A DNA stretch of 64,000 bases from Pecten maximus (GCF_902652985.1 NC_047017.1:28582001-28646000); one strand, 5' to 3'. Positions 13,826-27,700 are shown, numbered from the stretch's first letter. A program made the numbers and translations. The notes: generated from the sequence alone by a model not told the origin.

Positions 13826-15272
13826 AATAATACGTGAACCAACCAAGCTTGTGCTGAGTTTGTGCTGAGTATGATAAACTGAAAAGCATGGTTTTATTAA
13901 TCAAATGCTAAGAAGTTTTGCTTTCAATTCATCTTTAACCTATCTTTAACTTTAGCTCACCAGCTGGCCAGAAGGGCTCTTAAAATCCCTACTAGACCTG
14001 AACACCTGAATTGATTTCCCCATAATTATCAAAATATCCGGGTGAGCATGCAGGCCTTCTTGTTGTCTAACAGACCCATGGTGACTCTCTAAGTCTAATT
14101 TACCCAATATTTGCCCTTGTAGCAGCAACCAGTATGTCTGATGGACTTCAGGCTTCTGAAGCATGGCTTTGATAACCAGTCTGCCATTCTTCAAAACAAG
14201 ACCAGTTTGCACATGCGTGCACGACACATTTTCTATAGCTCACATACATCATAGGTATTGAGAGTGGAGCACTGCATTAGACATTCCTCCAGAACAGTGG
14301 GTAGCTTCTCAGTTGTTATTGCAATTGTCAAGAACTACTGTAATGATTCTCTTATTATATCAGAATGAGGTACACACATTGAGGTATATATTCTAGCATT
14401 CAATATATTTTTTTGTAATTTTATCATAATTTATATGTTACGAAAACAGAGAGGCTTTCAGCATACCATCAAATAGATCTGATATCAGAAGACAGTGTAC
14501 AGTTAGATACTGTGCATGAAGAGTGATGTATAAAAACATGTTTTCAGTTATTTTTATGAATTTAAATATGGTAAAATGAACAATTCCCAAGACATCAAAA
14601 GTTTCAACAACAATTTAATGAATCATGATTTGGTAAAAAATATTACAGAGGAAAAGAAACTACATACAGAGAGAATTTATGAAATTAACACCAACTAGTA
14701 TTTGATGTTACAATCTAAATGTGATTCATACCCAATTATATTTCAACCGATCATTTCAGATATCCTTATTTGAAATAAAGTAAATAAACAAAACAAACAT
14801 TGGAGACTAACTCGACACTTCCTGCTAACTGATGCTAGACCTACAGAACAAACTAACCCTTGCATGCAGCATGTCAGTGTTATTCTGTGGATAATTCTTC
14901 TGAACAAAGTTTAAACAAAGGATCTACCTATTAAATGTTTAATAAATGGATACAACATAACACTGACAATGAACTGACGTTTTATGATAATGTAAAGGTT
15001 TCAAAGTTTAAATGAAACATAAAACAGAGTTCATTTTGAATAAATGGTTCTTCGAGGACAATCACATCTGCTGTGTCTATATTAAGTTCCAAATATTAAA
15101 AATGATCATTAATGGAATGGCCAAGGTTGTTTTTTCGAATTTTCTTTTTATTTGTTCAAAAGTCATGCCAACATACCTCATTACATAATAAAACTACCTA
15201 GAGTGTACAGATCTATCCAGATGTACACTGTACTCTCCAGTACACAATCAGTATAACTAAACCGCTACATAA

Positions 15273-15932
15273 AACAAGGGCCCAACGGGCCTGAATCGCT
15301 CACCTGCTATCCAGTGATCCTTTCATACATTAACATAATTATCAATAAGTATATCAGAGACCAGATGTAAGATCTTGGGGGTTCCCGGTTATTTGAAAAG
15401 GTGTCTATTTAACTATTTCAATATTAAATCAAGGTCAAGGTCATTCATTTGAACAAATTTCCTAATCCTTTACCCAAATATGCTACAAGTCAAATATCAG
15501 GTCTCTCGACCTTTTGGTTATTGGGATGAAGTCATGGAAATATTTTAGTCTCTTTGACCACTGTGATTTTGGATAAAGGTCAAGGTCATTCCTTTGAACA
15601 AATTTAGATGCCTAATCCAGCATGCTACATACCCAATATTAACTCACTAAGCTTCTTGTTTACTGAGAATGAGTCATTTTAACTATCTTAACCTATTTGA
15701 CCCCTGTGACCATGAACATATTACAAACCAAAAATCAGGTCTGGGCATTTTGGTTATTGAGAAGAAGTCATTTAAAGAATTTAGCCTATCTCACCCCTGT
15801 GACCTTGAATGTAGCTAAACGTCATTGTTTTGAACAAACTTGGTAGGCCGGAGGGACAGACAGACGACCGGACAGAGGATGGACGCCGCACCACGGCATA
15901 AACTCATTTGCCTTTCAGGCAGATGAGCCAAA
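15273..15932 (+). mobile_element. Non-autonomous pearl/HINE-like element, second family (AACAAGRGGCCC...GCTCACCTG)
   Basis: 5' AACAAG plus short hairpin, internal degenerate repeats, GACA/GACG microsatellite, 3' hairpin CTCATTTGCC..GGCAGATGAG. Confidence 0.7.
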
Positions 15933-16023
15933 CATAATCTGACCCAGCTTCAACTCCCTCACATGTTACTGTCACAATGATATATGATGGATACTGATGA
16001 AAAGAATGGCAGTGAAAGTTTGT

Positions 16024-17934
16024 TTATGATGATGACGCTTGCTTTCTTAACATCACATATATCTTCTCTTTCACCCAGTCTTTGTTGTGAGGAACATATG
16101 TGCCAATCTCTTTGTTAAATCTGAAAAAGACAAACATTTCACTATCATAATGGAAAATAATGGTATATATTACAACAAACCAGGGCTGTTTTCCTTTATT
16201 GCATTGCAAACGGTTGGACCAGAGATGTTTGTTTATGAAATAATGATAGACCTAATAAGTTTGTTTCTTTTGGAAAACCCTTGACAAAGACTTCCAATGC
16301 ATGCATTAATATCTGTAGGTTCAACAAGATTTAAGCAGATGCAGCTTGTTATGCATGTATGATGGAAAGAGCTAGGTCTATCAGAAATGTGATCAAAGAA
16401 GAAAGTGTTGTTTTTTTTTAAATAAACTTGTACAGCAGGTAGGATCTCTCTTCAGGAACAAAATAATCAAGTGTAATGATGGGATGTACAAGGTGTAACA
16501 AAAGCTAGAGGTACAAGAGTGAAGGTCAGTACTTACACTAGACAGCTGAGGTCAGCAAGCTGGTCCAGGAAGTCAAACAGCTGTGTAATATCATAGGTAA
16601 TGGAGGGACGATCGGCATTGACTTTCTTCAAATGCTCCTCAAATATCTTACAGATACCTACAATGTAGATTCAATAAATAGTTTTTATCCCAAAACACTT
16701 TTATTAGACATATTGCCAACAAAAACATTTAGGGGTACATATATCTTTCATTAAAAACAAGAGGCCCAGATGGCCTGTATCGCCCACCTGGTTGATTTGA
16801 CCAACATGAAAATGTGTCAGCCCCATCATATGTATAAATTTGAATCCCAACCACCTAGGGATGTTACCACTGAAATATCAATATCATACATTGTTCAGTC
16901 CCAGAGAAGAAGTTGTAAATATCAATATTGACAGATGAAATCCTTTTTGCCCCGCCCCTCATCAGATCCCTGGGAAGCTAGCCTCATCATTTTCACAAAT
17001 GTGAATCCCAGCCACATAGGGATGCTTCCTACCCAATTTGATTAAATTCTGATAAATGGTTAAGAAGAATTAGATTGTTGACGGATGCCATGGTATGGCA
17101 TTAAAAAATTGATCAGTGTGACATCTAAATCACTTTACATAATACAACATTTTTGTAAATTATTTGTTTGGTATGGAAGAAATATCTTTGATATCTGGAC
17201 TACAAATAAAAGCTATAAATCTTTTAAGGAATGATTCACCCAGGTTTTAGAATAACCTCAATGTAACAATATACAGATTCCACATGCCATACTCTCACTA
17301 TTGTTACCAACCCAGGCATTCTGATCCATCAGACTTACTTCCCTTTGTTTCACTTGTGATAACTTTAATGACAGCTGATGACCGGGGCATAGAATGCATC
17401 CAGGGGTTCAAAACATACACTCAATAGGTGCTACATTTAGATGTAGATTTGTAAGAAATTTTACTTAACTGCAAGAGAGTCGGGTAGTATTAGATAAATA
17501 TAGGTAGGCATTTAAAATATCCAAACAAAAAATAGAGTCGGGTAGTATTAGATAAATATAGGTAGGCATTTAAAATATCCAAACAATCTTTGGTGAGTGG
17601 TGGTACATTATATGTATACCCGGTAGATATATGTTCCAAACAGTCAAAAATAAACCGAGGGCCATAGCTTCATATATGGCTGGGAACACGACTCCAACCT
17701 TTGTATACAATAAGTAGTCCCAAGAAACAAGTAGAGGTAAAATAGTTTTAGCAAAGACATACCCTGTATGTCACCCATGATAAATTCTGTCAATGACAAG
17801 CTAGGTGTAGTAAGACGTAATTAAATGTGTATCCCTGATCATTTACCTTCCATGCATTCATTGATAGATTCAAAGTCGGAGTAGGTCCGTGTCTCTGGTT
17901 TCTGTGAGGCCTGCACAAGGAGGATAGAGTGAGC
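16024..17934 (-). CDS. ERH: Enhancer of rudimentary homolog, distal copy (ERH-A); exons 2-4 at 17934-17847, 16657-16537, 16120-16024; ATG exon not located nearby; 102 aa with the Met
   Basis: Translation [30 protein letters not shown]|[40 protein letters not shown]|[31 protein letters not shown]; 88- and 121-bp exons with canonical GT-AG sites. Confidence 0.95.
16756..17105 (+). mobile_element. Degenerate pearl/HINE-like element in an ERH-A intron
   Basis: Starts AACAAGAGGCCCAGATGGCCTGTATCGCCCACCTGG, as in the copy at 22069. Confidence 0.65.
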
Positions 17935-18694
17935 CTGGAACACACAAAAATAACTGGTGTTTTGTTTGTTTAGAATACAATGACAGAGTTTTGAAAATAA
18001 ATGGTTTTTTTTTTCTGAATAGCAAAACTAAATCATGTTTTGAAGATATCACCAAGAACAATAACATCAAACACATATAGGTTCCTTTTTAATGGATGGT
18101 AAATATATATTACTTTAAAAAAGATATGGAGGCTGTAAGCTAGTATGCATTGATTCACCTAATAATAATACACGTCCTATTAAAATAGGAGTTTAATGCA
18201 GTGATGATAATCTGCAAATCTACATTTCTTTCATTGGTAATGTTTGAAAATATTTCACAGGAAGCTGGAGTTAATGTTGCAATTCCCTTTCTTACATAAT
18301 TACATCTTAATCAGTTCTACAGTGCACATTTTCAGACCCACTTCTAAGATTTCTGAATAATATATGTACATCTTTCTAATGTATGAAGTTTTTAAAGATG
18401 AATTTATCTAATGAATATTTCAATGTAAATTTGAATTCATATTGAAGAGACCAACAACAAGAATTACACACAACTATATATCTCACCTGCCCTACTTTGT
18501 CAGTATGGTATAGGAAACTTCAAAATTTACTATTATTCCCCAAATTACCAAACTTTTCATGTTGATCATGTATATTATCATCATATTAGAATATTTTTTT
18601 TTACAAAAAAATCAATCTGGAAAAATATCTAAATGGTGCATTGAAATGTTTATGCTACAATCTAACTATATTTCACTTTTGATTTTGACACTGC

Positions 18695-19240
18695 TGTTGT
18701 TACCAGAACAGTAATATGCCAACCAGTCTTGTTACCACATGTACAGAAGTAATAGGCTAACCATAGACTTGTTACCACATGTACAGAAGTAATAGGCTAA
18801 CCATAGACTTGTTACCACATGTACAGAAGTACATGTAGTATGCTAACCATAGACTTGCTACCACATGTACAGAAGTAATAGGCTAACCATAGACTTGTTA
18901 CCACATGTACAGAAGTAGTATGCTAACCATAGACTTGTTACCACATGTACAGAAGTAATAGGCTAACCATAGACTTGTTACCACATGTACAGAAGTAATA
19001 GGCTAACCATAGACTTGCTACCACATGTACAGAAGTAATAGGCTAACCATAGACTTGTTACCACATGTACAGAAGTAGTATGCTAACCATAGACTTGTTA
19101 CCACATGTACAGAAGTAATAGGCTAACCATAGACTTGTTACCACATGTACAGAAGTAATAGGCAAACCATAGACTTGTTACCACATGTACAGAAGTAGTA
19201 TGCTAACCATAGACTTGTTACCACATAAGTAATATGCTGA
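18695..19240. repeat. 40-bp minisatellite (GTTACCACATGTACAGAAGTAATAGGCTAACCATAGACTT), about 13 units
   Basis: Clear tandem period of 40. Confidence 0.92.
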
Positions 19241-20186
19241 TCATGACCTTAGTCTTTGCTTTTGCACTTTCTCGTTCCTGACGAGACAAATGCCAGATGA
19301 TACAATGGCTGTCTTTTATAAATATGGTATATTATCTTTGACAGTTTAAGAACTATATGAAGCTACAAATTCCTTTTTGTATACTTTGACAGCAATAACA
19401 AAGAACAATTACGTTATCTTCATCATTTTATTACAAAAATGTCGCTATGTCACAATTTACCAGAATAGTACAATTTTATCATCACAATCTTAGATACTTC
19501 TATATTTCATTAATTTCCCACAGATACAAATTTCTAAGAAAATAAACAGCAAATAGTGCACTAATTGACTTGACAAGAACAGAAGCTTCATGCGCAACTT
19601 TTCACTCCACGATTTTGTGTATTAGCATATATAACAAATAATAAAGCACTACAGCATTAAATATTCACAGGGAAGATTAACATTATTATCAAGCAACAGA
19701 TCATGCATCTACTATTAAACCAGCTAATCCTCAGTAAAAAAACACCTACCCATATATACTGCATTCTGCTTTTTCAGTGTCCCATCCTTTTACAATAATT
19801 TAACATATCATCAAAGCTTCCCACAAAACATGACGATGAGTATTCTTTAACTAATAAATTGACCATATTAAATCATGTACGCTTAGTTTAGTCTACATGT
19901 TTACAGCCAAACATTGTTTGCTTGGAGTGAGTGGGGTCATGAAGTTTTTACATTAAAACAAGAAGGTTCCTCAGGTTAATTTTCAAGCTTTCCATTAACA
20001 CTGAATTTCCTTTGTCAAGCAAATTGTGAAATACATACATGTATGTTATATGGTTCAGATGGTCTAAGGTGAAAGCAGCTGTCAAGTTTATACCCTACAC
20101 TTGCAATACAGGTAGCATACAGCTATACGCTAAAGGCAAAAGCTCACTGTAAAACACAAACATCCAACCTTGAATGATAGTTACAA

Positions 20187-20585
20187 AACAAGTACTAATT
20201 GTAACAGCGGCCGTTATTAAAATGTCCCCCAAACTACTCCAACAGTTGTAAATCATGTTACCATGGCAACACAGGTTTTCGAAAGTGGTACCTTTGTGTT
20301 CGGCTTTCCTCAATACCCATATGTACCAATTTTCACTAAATTGAACAATATCTAAATTTCGACCAATCAAAGGCCACAAAATGACGGCCATTTTGAATTT
20401 CGTTGCGAGACATGCGCGTTGCACACCTTCTACCCCCACCAATACTCATGTGAAGTTTAATAATTATCCGTCCAGTAGTATAGGAGGAAATCGCTGGACA
20501 AGTTCACAACGGAAAGACAGAAGAATAATAATAAGAAACGGAGCAAACACAATCTGTCCCCCCACTTTGTTTTGGGGGACATAAT
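20187..20585 (+). mobile_element. Short pearl/HINE-like non-autonomous element
   Basis: AACAAG start, subterminal TGTCCCCC, 3' hairpin TGTCCCCC..GGGGGACA. Confidence 0.6.
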
Positions 20586-21737
20586 AACTTAACTATAAAT
20601 TAATGATAAACATATTACATAAAGAAGCTTTGATATACCTCTGAACATATTCAATGTGAACATTCATTTATACTGTCAGATCCTTTATCACATAGAATAT
20701 GAGAGAAATATGTTGTGAAAATGGAAGTTGTTTTCTCTAACCATGATACCAGTCTTATTGCAAGTCAACATCTCAATGTTAAAATGCTATGTTAGTTATT
20801 TTACTTCTAAAAGACACATTGGTTGTTATCAAACCAGGTAAACAAATATTGTGAAAACAATTTAAATACTCATTTTAATTGAATTTACAATTCATTACAT
20901 AAGTTAAAGTTTTCAAATCATCATTTGCTGTCTTAAAACCAGACACACATTGAAGACATTTAAAATTAAAATTAATTTCTTTTGTACAGGTACATATCAC
21001 AACCTTGTACATATTTTCATATTAATATATACAATATATGTACATTCTTGAATTAACCAGTAAATAGAGATTTTAAGACACATCGCCCCTATATCACAAT
21101 CACCCTATTCCTCTTTGGTTGAAGGCAAAATTTCTAGTGATAATCATCCTTTATTTTTATGTCCATTCAGAGTCTTGTGTTGCTTCATTGCATGGAAATG
21201 GAAAATACTCGGATTTAAAAAGGAGTCAAGCCAACAAAACAATGTCATGTTAACTTGTCAAGCCATTTAAATTCTTTGATTTCCTTTCTTAAAATAAACA
21301 GTCTTGGCAAATATCCTCTGTTGATTTACATCACTCAAAACATATATGATCTAATCACTTCAGGAGCACAAATTCAACGAAAAATGCCTCATACACATAT
21401 TTTACTGATAATTATTCGATGGTTTGTCATCTCATCCACATAAATCTTATTAAGATGTTTATATATGATTATTACGGAAATAAACATCACTTTCCTAATA
21501 GAAAAGAAAGAACTTTATGTGATTTTGGAACATGGTCATGCACTGCTCTCAATACATTATCCCAATTAGCTGAATTGTCAGTTTTGCCATTTCCTTTTCA
21601 ATGTTCCTGATGACTAAAACTTCATATACAGATTACACTTCATTAAAGAATAAAAATCTTGTATAAAACATCATTCCCGGTTCAAGACTGTTCCATCCTT
21701 ATTTTGATGCCTGTGCTAAAACAGTTCTAATTCATCT

Positions 21738-23656
21738 TTATTTTGATGCCTGGCGTCTCAGCATGATGTATATCTTTTCCTTCACCCAGTCTTTATTGTG
21801 TGGTATGTAGGACTTTGAGTGTTTCTGGAATCTACAAATCAAGGAAACATATAACACTGAAATGTACAGAAAATATGTCAGATTTCTGTTATCAAATCTA
21901 GTTAGCAATGAATGTAATATGAAGTACAAATACCTGGTTTTCCAGTGAGGAAATTATTTCCAGGAAACCAATTAAGGGTTGTTTCAATATTACAACACAA
22001 TTTACATTTCATTAATCACTAATAAGATTTTCATCCAAACAATAGTTGATTTCTGTAGTTTATATCACAACAAGAGGCCCAGAGGGCCTATATCGCTCAC
22101 CTGGTTGGATTTGACCAAGCGTCAAAATATGCTCATGTTCAATTTGATAACAGCTTTATTTGTGAATGTCTAACAATGCTATATATAGTTATCATCATGG
22201 GGAAGGGAACTCAATTGCTTCAAAGATAGAACCCAAAAATGTAGTCAAGTCTCCCTCTGGGAGTGGAAAAACCCAAAGAATTATTTCCACATCATGATTG
22301 TGTTTAAGTAACCAAGTCCACTAGGGGTGGGGAAAGACCGAAGGGCCTATTTCTACAACATGATTGTGGTTATCTCATGGTGGCCAGCGATGCCACATAT
22401 GGTTATGGGTTGAATTGGGAATCTCAACATTTTCAACACAACAAAAAAAGTGTTTATAGCAATATGGTCAAGTTGCTCACTTTTTGGCCCTGCCCTGGGG
22501 GTCAGCTGGACCATTTGTACATTTTGAATCCCTACCCCATTTGGATGCTTCCAGTCAAATATGAATGATTTCCATTGTTTAGTTTCAGATTCCGATCAGC
22601 GGCTATGAAGAAGAAGTCAATTGTTGACAGATGGATGCCACAGTATGGCATAAGCTCACCTTGGTCCTTCGGACCAGGTGAGCTAAAAATGTTGAGACAG
22701 ATGCTTGGTTTTTGTTTGCAAACTCCCAACAGTTATCTAACTGGCAATATCACAGTGAACGTTGATGTTACATTACAACCCCTGTCAGTAGCAAGTATTG
22801 ATAATATATATATATATATGTTAAAAGTTAAATTACCCAAAAAACATCATTTACATAATAGGTTTAAAAACCAAGTCGGTTTATGTAACAATTAAGACTC
22901 ACACAAGACAGCTGAGGTCCTTTAACTGGTCCATAAAGTCAAATAATTGACTGATGTCATAAGTTATGGAAGGGCAATCTGAATTCATCTTCTTCAAGTG
23001 TTCTTCAAATATTTTACAAATTCCTGTAAAAATAAACAAGCACAGTGCATTCAAAAATTCTTAAATTTATAAACAAAGTTAATACTCTACAGATCAAACT
23101 AAGGAAATTACCCCTAGCATGAAGCAAATCACTTTTGCAGTACATACAATCTAAACCTGCCCCACAATATTTATGAAGGAATTGCTTTAGTGTTATCTCA
23201 ATATGGAATGTTTCCATTTAATTTAAACTGAAAGGCTTTCCTTTTCATATAAATATGTACCTTCCATGCAGTCATTCACAGACTCATAATCAGAGTATGT
23301 CCTCGTTTCTGGCTTGTGTGTTGCCTGCACAAGCAGAATAGTGTGAGCCTGGAATAAGAAATGAAAATATATGTAATTGAAAACATTACATATAACATAT
23401 ACATATATATTGAAGTTGCAATTGTAGACCTGATGGCATTTTGTTGGAAATATACAAAACTTACACGAGACAGATGATTATCTTACTTTTTTGTATAAAG
23501 CTCATTATGGATGTTTAGTTGTCTACAAATGTCTTTTACAGACTGTCCACAGTTGCAATTTCTACTATACCTACATAAACATTATTATTGTATTTAAAAG
23601 CAATAGCAGGTTGAATTTTAGTATGCAAATTAATTTGCATGTAGTTTTATTACCAT
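21738..23656 (-). CDS. ERH: Enhancer of rudimentary homolog, proximal copy (ERH-B); ATG exon at 23656-23654 (or 24318-24316), then 23348-23261, 23023-22903, 21831-21738; 101 aa
   Basis: M|[30 protein letters not shown]|[40 protein letters not shown]|[30 protein letters not shown]; 88/121-bp exons, GT-AG sites; AAAATG|GTA first-exon candidates. Confidence 0.93.
22069..22689 (+). mobile_element. Pearl/HINE-like element in the last ERH-B intron
   Basis: AACAAGAGGCCCAGAGGGCC start, GCTCACCT subterminal repeat, 3' hairpin AGCTCACC..GGTCCTTCGGACC..GGTGAGCT followed by AAAAA. Confidence 0.75.
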
Positions 23657-23699
23657 TTTCCCCTTCATCTGCTTCGCTTATGCTTCTGATGCCTCACAC

Positions 23700-24747
23700 A
23701 GCAATTCAACTGTGAAACAATGTCACAATCTGCACGACGTCACAAATTTTCCAAAACGGTGAGAATACCGACAAAACTATCGAGCGGTATAAACTAGAAC
23801 CCATCAAAATTTGACTTAAATCAAATTGGTTAACTATTGACACTGCGTGACAAAAAAACTTAATATCAAATATTATTTCAGTCATTTTAATATAAATAAT
23901 ATCAAACTATTGATTTTTTGTGTTCACGTGGACATTGCAGTATAAACGTACGCGTACAACGGAATGCAATGGGTGTAAACGTTTTATAAATATAAAATCA
24001 TTTCCGTACAAGTTACGGATATCGTTGATAGATAACTGTTAAGATATCGCATCTCCTATTAACTGGAACTTCACGCGCGTAATTTTAACCTTCTGGTACG
24101 CTGGTGAAGCATCATCCAGCAAACTGAACGCTCCAAATCATGACAAGCAAGGGCTGCAAAACGTGCGTGGGAAACGCGATTCTATTAGCATGCATATATA
24201 CCAATATATAGCTTGTTTTCGTGTCAAAGTATGTCATATAAGAAAATATGTGACATATTTCATCTTTAAATGCATAAATTGGACAGATAAAAGGTAGCAA
24301 CCACACTATTTTTACCATTTTCAACGGGAAATATTAGGAAAGTATTTTCTCGCAAAATCTCCTCGTAGTCACTGCGGGATTGGATGTGCGGATCTCTCTT
24401 GTTTTTACTTCAGATTTGATATTCGATTTGAGAAACATCCCGAAAGACAAATTTTATTCAGAAATATTTTGCGATCCAAACATACGATTTCTGTCCTTTA
24501 AGAGTATTTATAACTATTTTAGGCAAAATATTTTTGACCGTAAATATATTTTGATCGCCTGGACAAATAAAGAAAGTAGCAAGCAGCTCGCAGTGTCGAC
24601 ATTCAGGATCAGTCATAAGCTTTAAAATCCAAATATGAATAAAACGTTTTGGTGATCTCAAAATTTGAGAGCCATGTAGGCAAAACCTGGAAACAGCTGA
24701 AACGAGAAAGGTTCAACATTTTTTTGTCAAGTTAAAGAAGAACAACA
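23700..24747. promoter_or_regulatory. Putative bidirectional promoter region between ERH (minus) and SLC39A9 (plus)
   Basis: Divergent start codons 430 bp apart (24318 vs 24748); locally CpG-retaining relative to both gene bodies; CRE-like GACGTCA at ~23736. Confidence 0.65.
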
Positions 24748-27700
24748 ATGGACGACGTATTAACTCTCATTTTGTTATCATTTGCCATGCTTGTTGGATG
24801 TTACCTAGCTGGTATGATCCCGATTGCGATAACATTTTCAGAGGTAAGTCGCTTCCAGCTGTGTTGGTTCGCAATTGTGCACTGAGAAACTGGTGATCGG
24901 TACCGGTTGTCCCTATCAGGTACACGTACCACTCGTCAGTCTACTACTGGTTACCTTCTTCCATGTATAACAATACCTGGTTCATTTGAGATATGGATTT
25001 TTGGAGATTTTTTCAAGTCTGTTGGATATATTGGGCGGTCCTCTGGTGAAAGTGTCTGGTTGTCACATCAGATTCATGAATCATATAAATACTGATAACC
25101 TCTTTCTACAGCAATTTTATAATAACCAATTTGAGGTATATCTTTGTTGCTAAAATTCTCCTAAATAACTTACAACTTAACTTTAAAAAAAATCCGTCCA
25201 AGTCGTATATATTTAAAAAAATATCTTAATTAAAGAGCTGAAATCATATAATTGTCAAGTTGATAATAATAATAATATATCCTTTTTTTGTGACTGGTAT
25301 AGAGACTTTATATAGAAGTCCTGAACCGGAAATAAACTTATATTGTCTGATTTTATTTAGTGATGAAACATCAGACAAATGCAAAAATAAAAATTATTTG
25401 AACATTGAAAAGTACCAAAAATTGAAAAAAGAAGAGAAAAAGTTTTGAAGTAAACAGTGCTTGGCCTATAATATGTGAGTTTTAGAGCTGTGTATCGCAA
25501 AGTGGGTAGCGATACGATTCATATCGCGGTACAGGGGTCACAATACGATTCATATCACGATATATGAGAAGCTGATGACCTATCAAATATCTGATGTTCC
25601 ATCTCTTACAGTTGTCATGTTTTGTTTGTGGTATTTTCTGAATATTAGAGTCCCACAAAGCATTCTTGAATTAAGATAATTTGGATTTGAAAGAATTCCA
25701 ACTGGCAGCTTTATATGCCGCTAGAACGACCTTGTCAGCCATGTTGCAATTGTTTACTACAAAACGTAAGCTAACGTTGGTCAAGGGAGATAACTACAAA
25801 TTTTCAAGTATCGCGATATAAATAAAGGACAGACTATACATCAATTCACCACTCTGCGATCCAATACATTGATGCATCTGTGAATCGTTACACCACTAGT
25901 GAGTTTGCTTATCATACGCAAGCTGGCATTTTCCCCCAACCTTTTGTGCCATCTAATATAATTATTATCTACTATATGGATTAGTGTTGTACTGAATTTT
26001 CAGAGTTTTTAGTTATACAGTATACTATATACATATGTACACTTGTAATTATATCGCTACCTTTTGTCCACAACAGTTATGGCCGCACGGTATAACAAGG
26101 GTGGCGATAGTATCAAATTGTGAAAATAACAACTATGGAATTGTAAAAGAGACTGCATTTCAAACGTTTTTTTAAATGCAAGTTTGAATATATATAGTTA
26201 ATATTGTCACAAATGTTTGATTATCAAAACCTTCTGTCCATGATCTATTAGTGTGTGGTTTTGTTTTGGAGTTTCCATCTCAACTGATGTAGCCAAATGT
26301 TCATACCACATATACACAATAAGCATACAAAGTGAGTTTGAAATCTGTCATGTTTTTATTACAAACAAAATCATAAGTGTCAGGTGTGACATAATAGAAA
26401 TATCCGATTATTGATCTACCTGAGCGAAAAAGCATCAAGCTAATTTACCTGTGCAATTTACAAGTGAAAACGGGAGATAACCTTAGTCTATAAATTAAAC
26501 ACTAAAGAGTTCCTTGATCACCAAAACCAGAACAAAATAGCAATGTTGTTAAGGAAGATATAAAGCGATTGGGAACGTTTGTATTGTAACAAACATGGTG
26601 GATGATATGGGGGTATGTGAGTGTGGCAAACTTAAAGCCACATACTCCCAAAGAAATGTTTACATTTCGAGCTCTTTACAGTTTTCAGACTTTAATAGTA
26701 TATACGGTACCTAACAAATTATCGTGAATCAAAAACTGAAAATGTGTATTTATGAAAGTATACGGGAAATTCCCAAAAATTATAACTGGGTCAGACAGAC
26801 CAAGTTTCTATGCGAAATAGTCCCATAACGCAACGGCGGGTTATCAGTCTATACATAATGGCGGAACGCTGAATGCGTGAGCCTGCCAAAACACACACAA
26901 GATTCTGCCAAAAAGAAACGTACAAGGGTCTGGAATCGGCAGAACCCGAGTACATTTGTATTTCCTTAGGTTGTATGCATATTGCTACATTTTGAAATTA
27001 AGGTATTTGGATGTATGTTTGTTTATTATTTTGTTCAGTAATTATATATAATTACGCAAATATTCTGTTAATGTTTGAATGAAGCTTTATTAGGCAAAGT
27101 TCACGTATACACTGTACTCGAAATAATGTAAACAACGGCCATGCATGTGTGTAGTTTATTTTCAGTGCACGTTGTTATAGCCTTGTTCTTGGCCCTAGCT
27201 GTGACAAATCTCGCGATAAAAATAACTGCGACAAGTTATTTCTATACACTGATGTCTCAAGGATTCCCGTGGTCTAACATCCAGGCAGCCTCATCAGTGA
27301 GGCTAGTGGTCATTTTAATGTTAGGAGAGCGTGAATGAGCATCTTGGATAGCCATTAATACATGTGTGCAACAAGAATTTTATGCTATTTGGGTGTATGT
27401 GTCTTCAACGCGGGAATTATATAGGAGGGTCAAGGGTACACTAGTGTTTAGCTCACCTGCCTGAAGGGCAAGTGAGCCTATGCCTTTGTGATCATGAGGC
27501 ATTCGTCGTCCGTCGGGCATCAACATTTCCATTTAAACAACAACTTCTCAATAACCAATTGCAAGAGGCTTGTAGCATGCTGGGATGAAGGGCTACCAAG
27601 TTTGTTCAAAAGAATGACATTGGCCAACATTCAAGGTCACATGGGTCAAGTAGACTAAGTAGACTGATATTTTTAAATGACTTTTTCTCAATAACCAAGA

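Noticed and set aside
13952-14227. 91-aa minus-strand ORF downstream of ERH-A
   Set aside because: No recognisable motif or clear splice context; more likely UTR or decayed repeat.
20258-20266. ATG|GTAAC as the first exon of ERH-A
   Set aside because: It lies inside a short transposon-like element with no promoter context; not excluded without cDNA, but judged unlikely.
24085-24145. Possible C/D snoRNA in ERH intron 1 (GATGATG motif on the minus strand)
   Set aside because: No proper RTGATGA/CTGA box pair with a terminal stem could be found.
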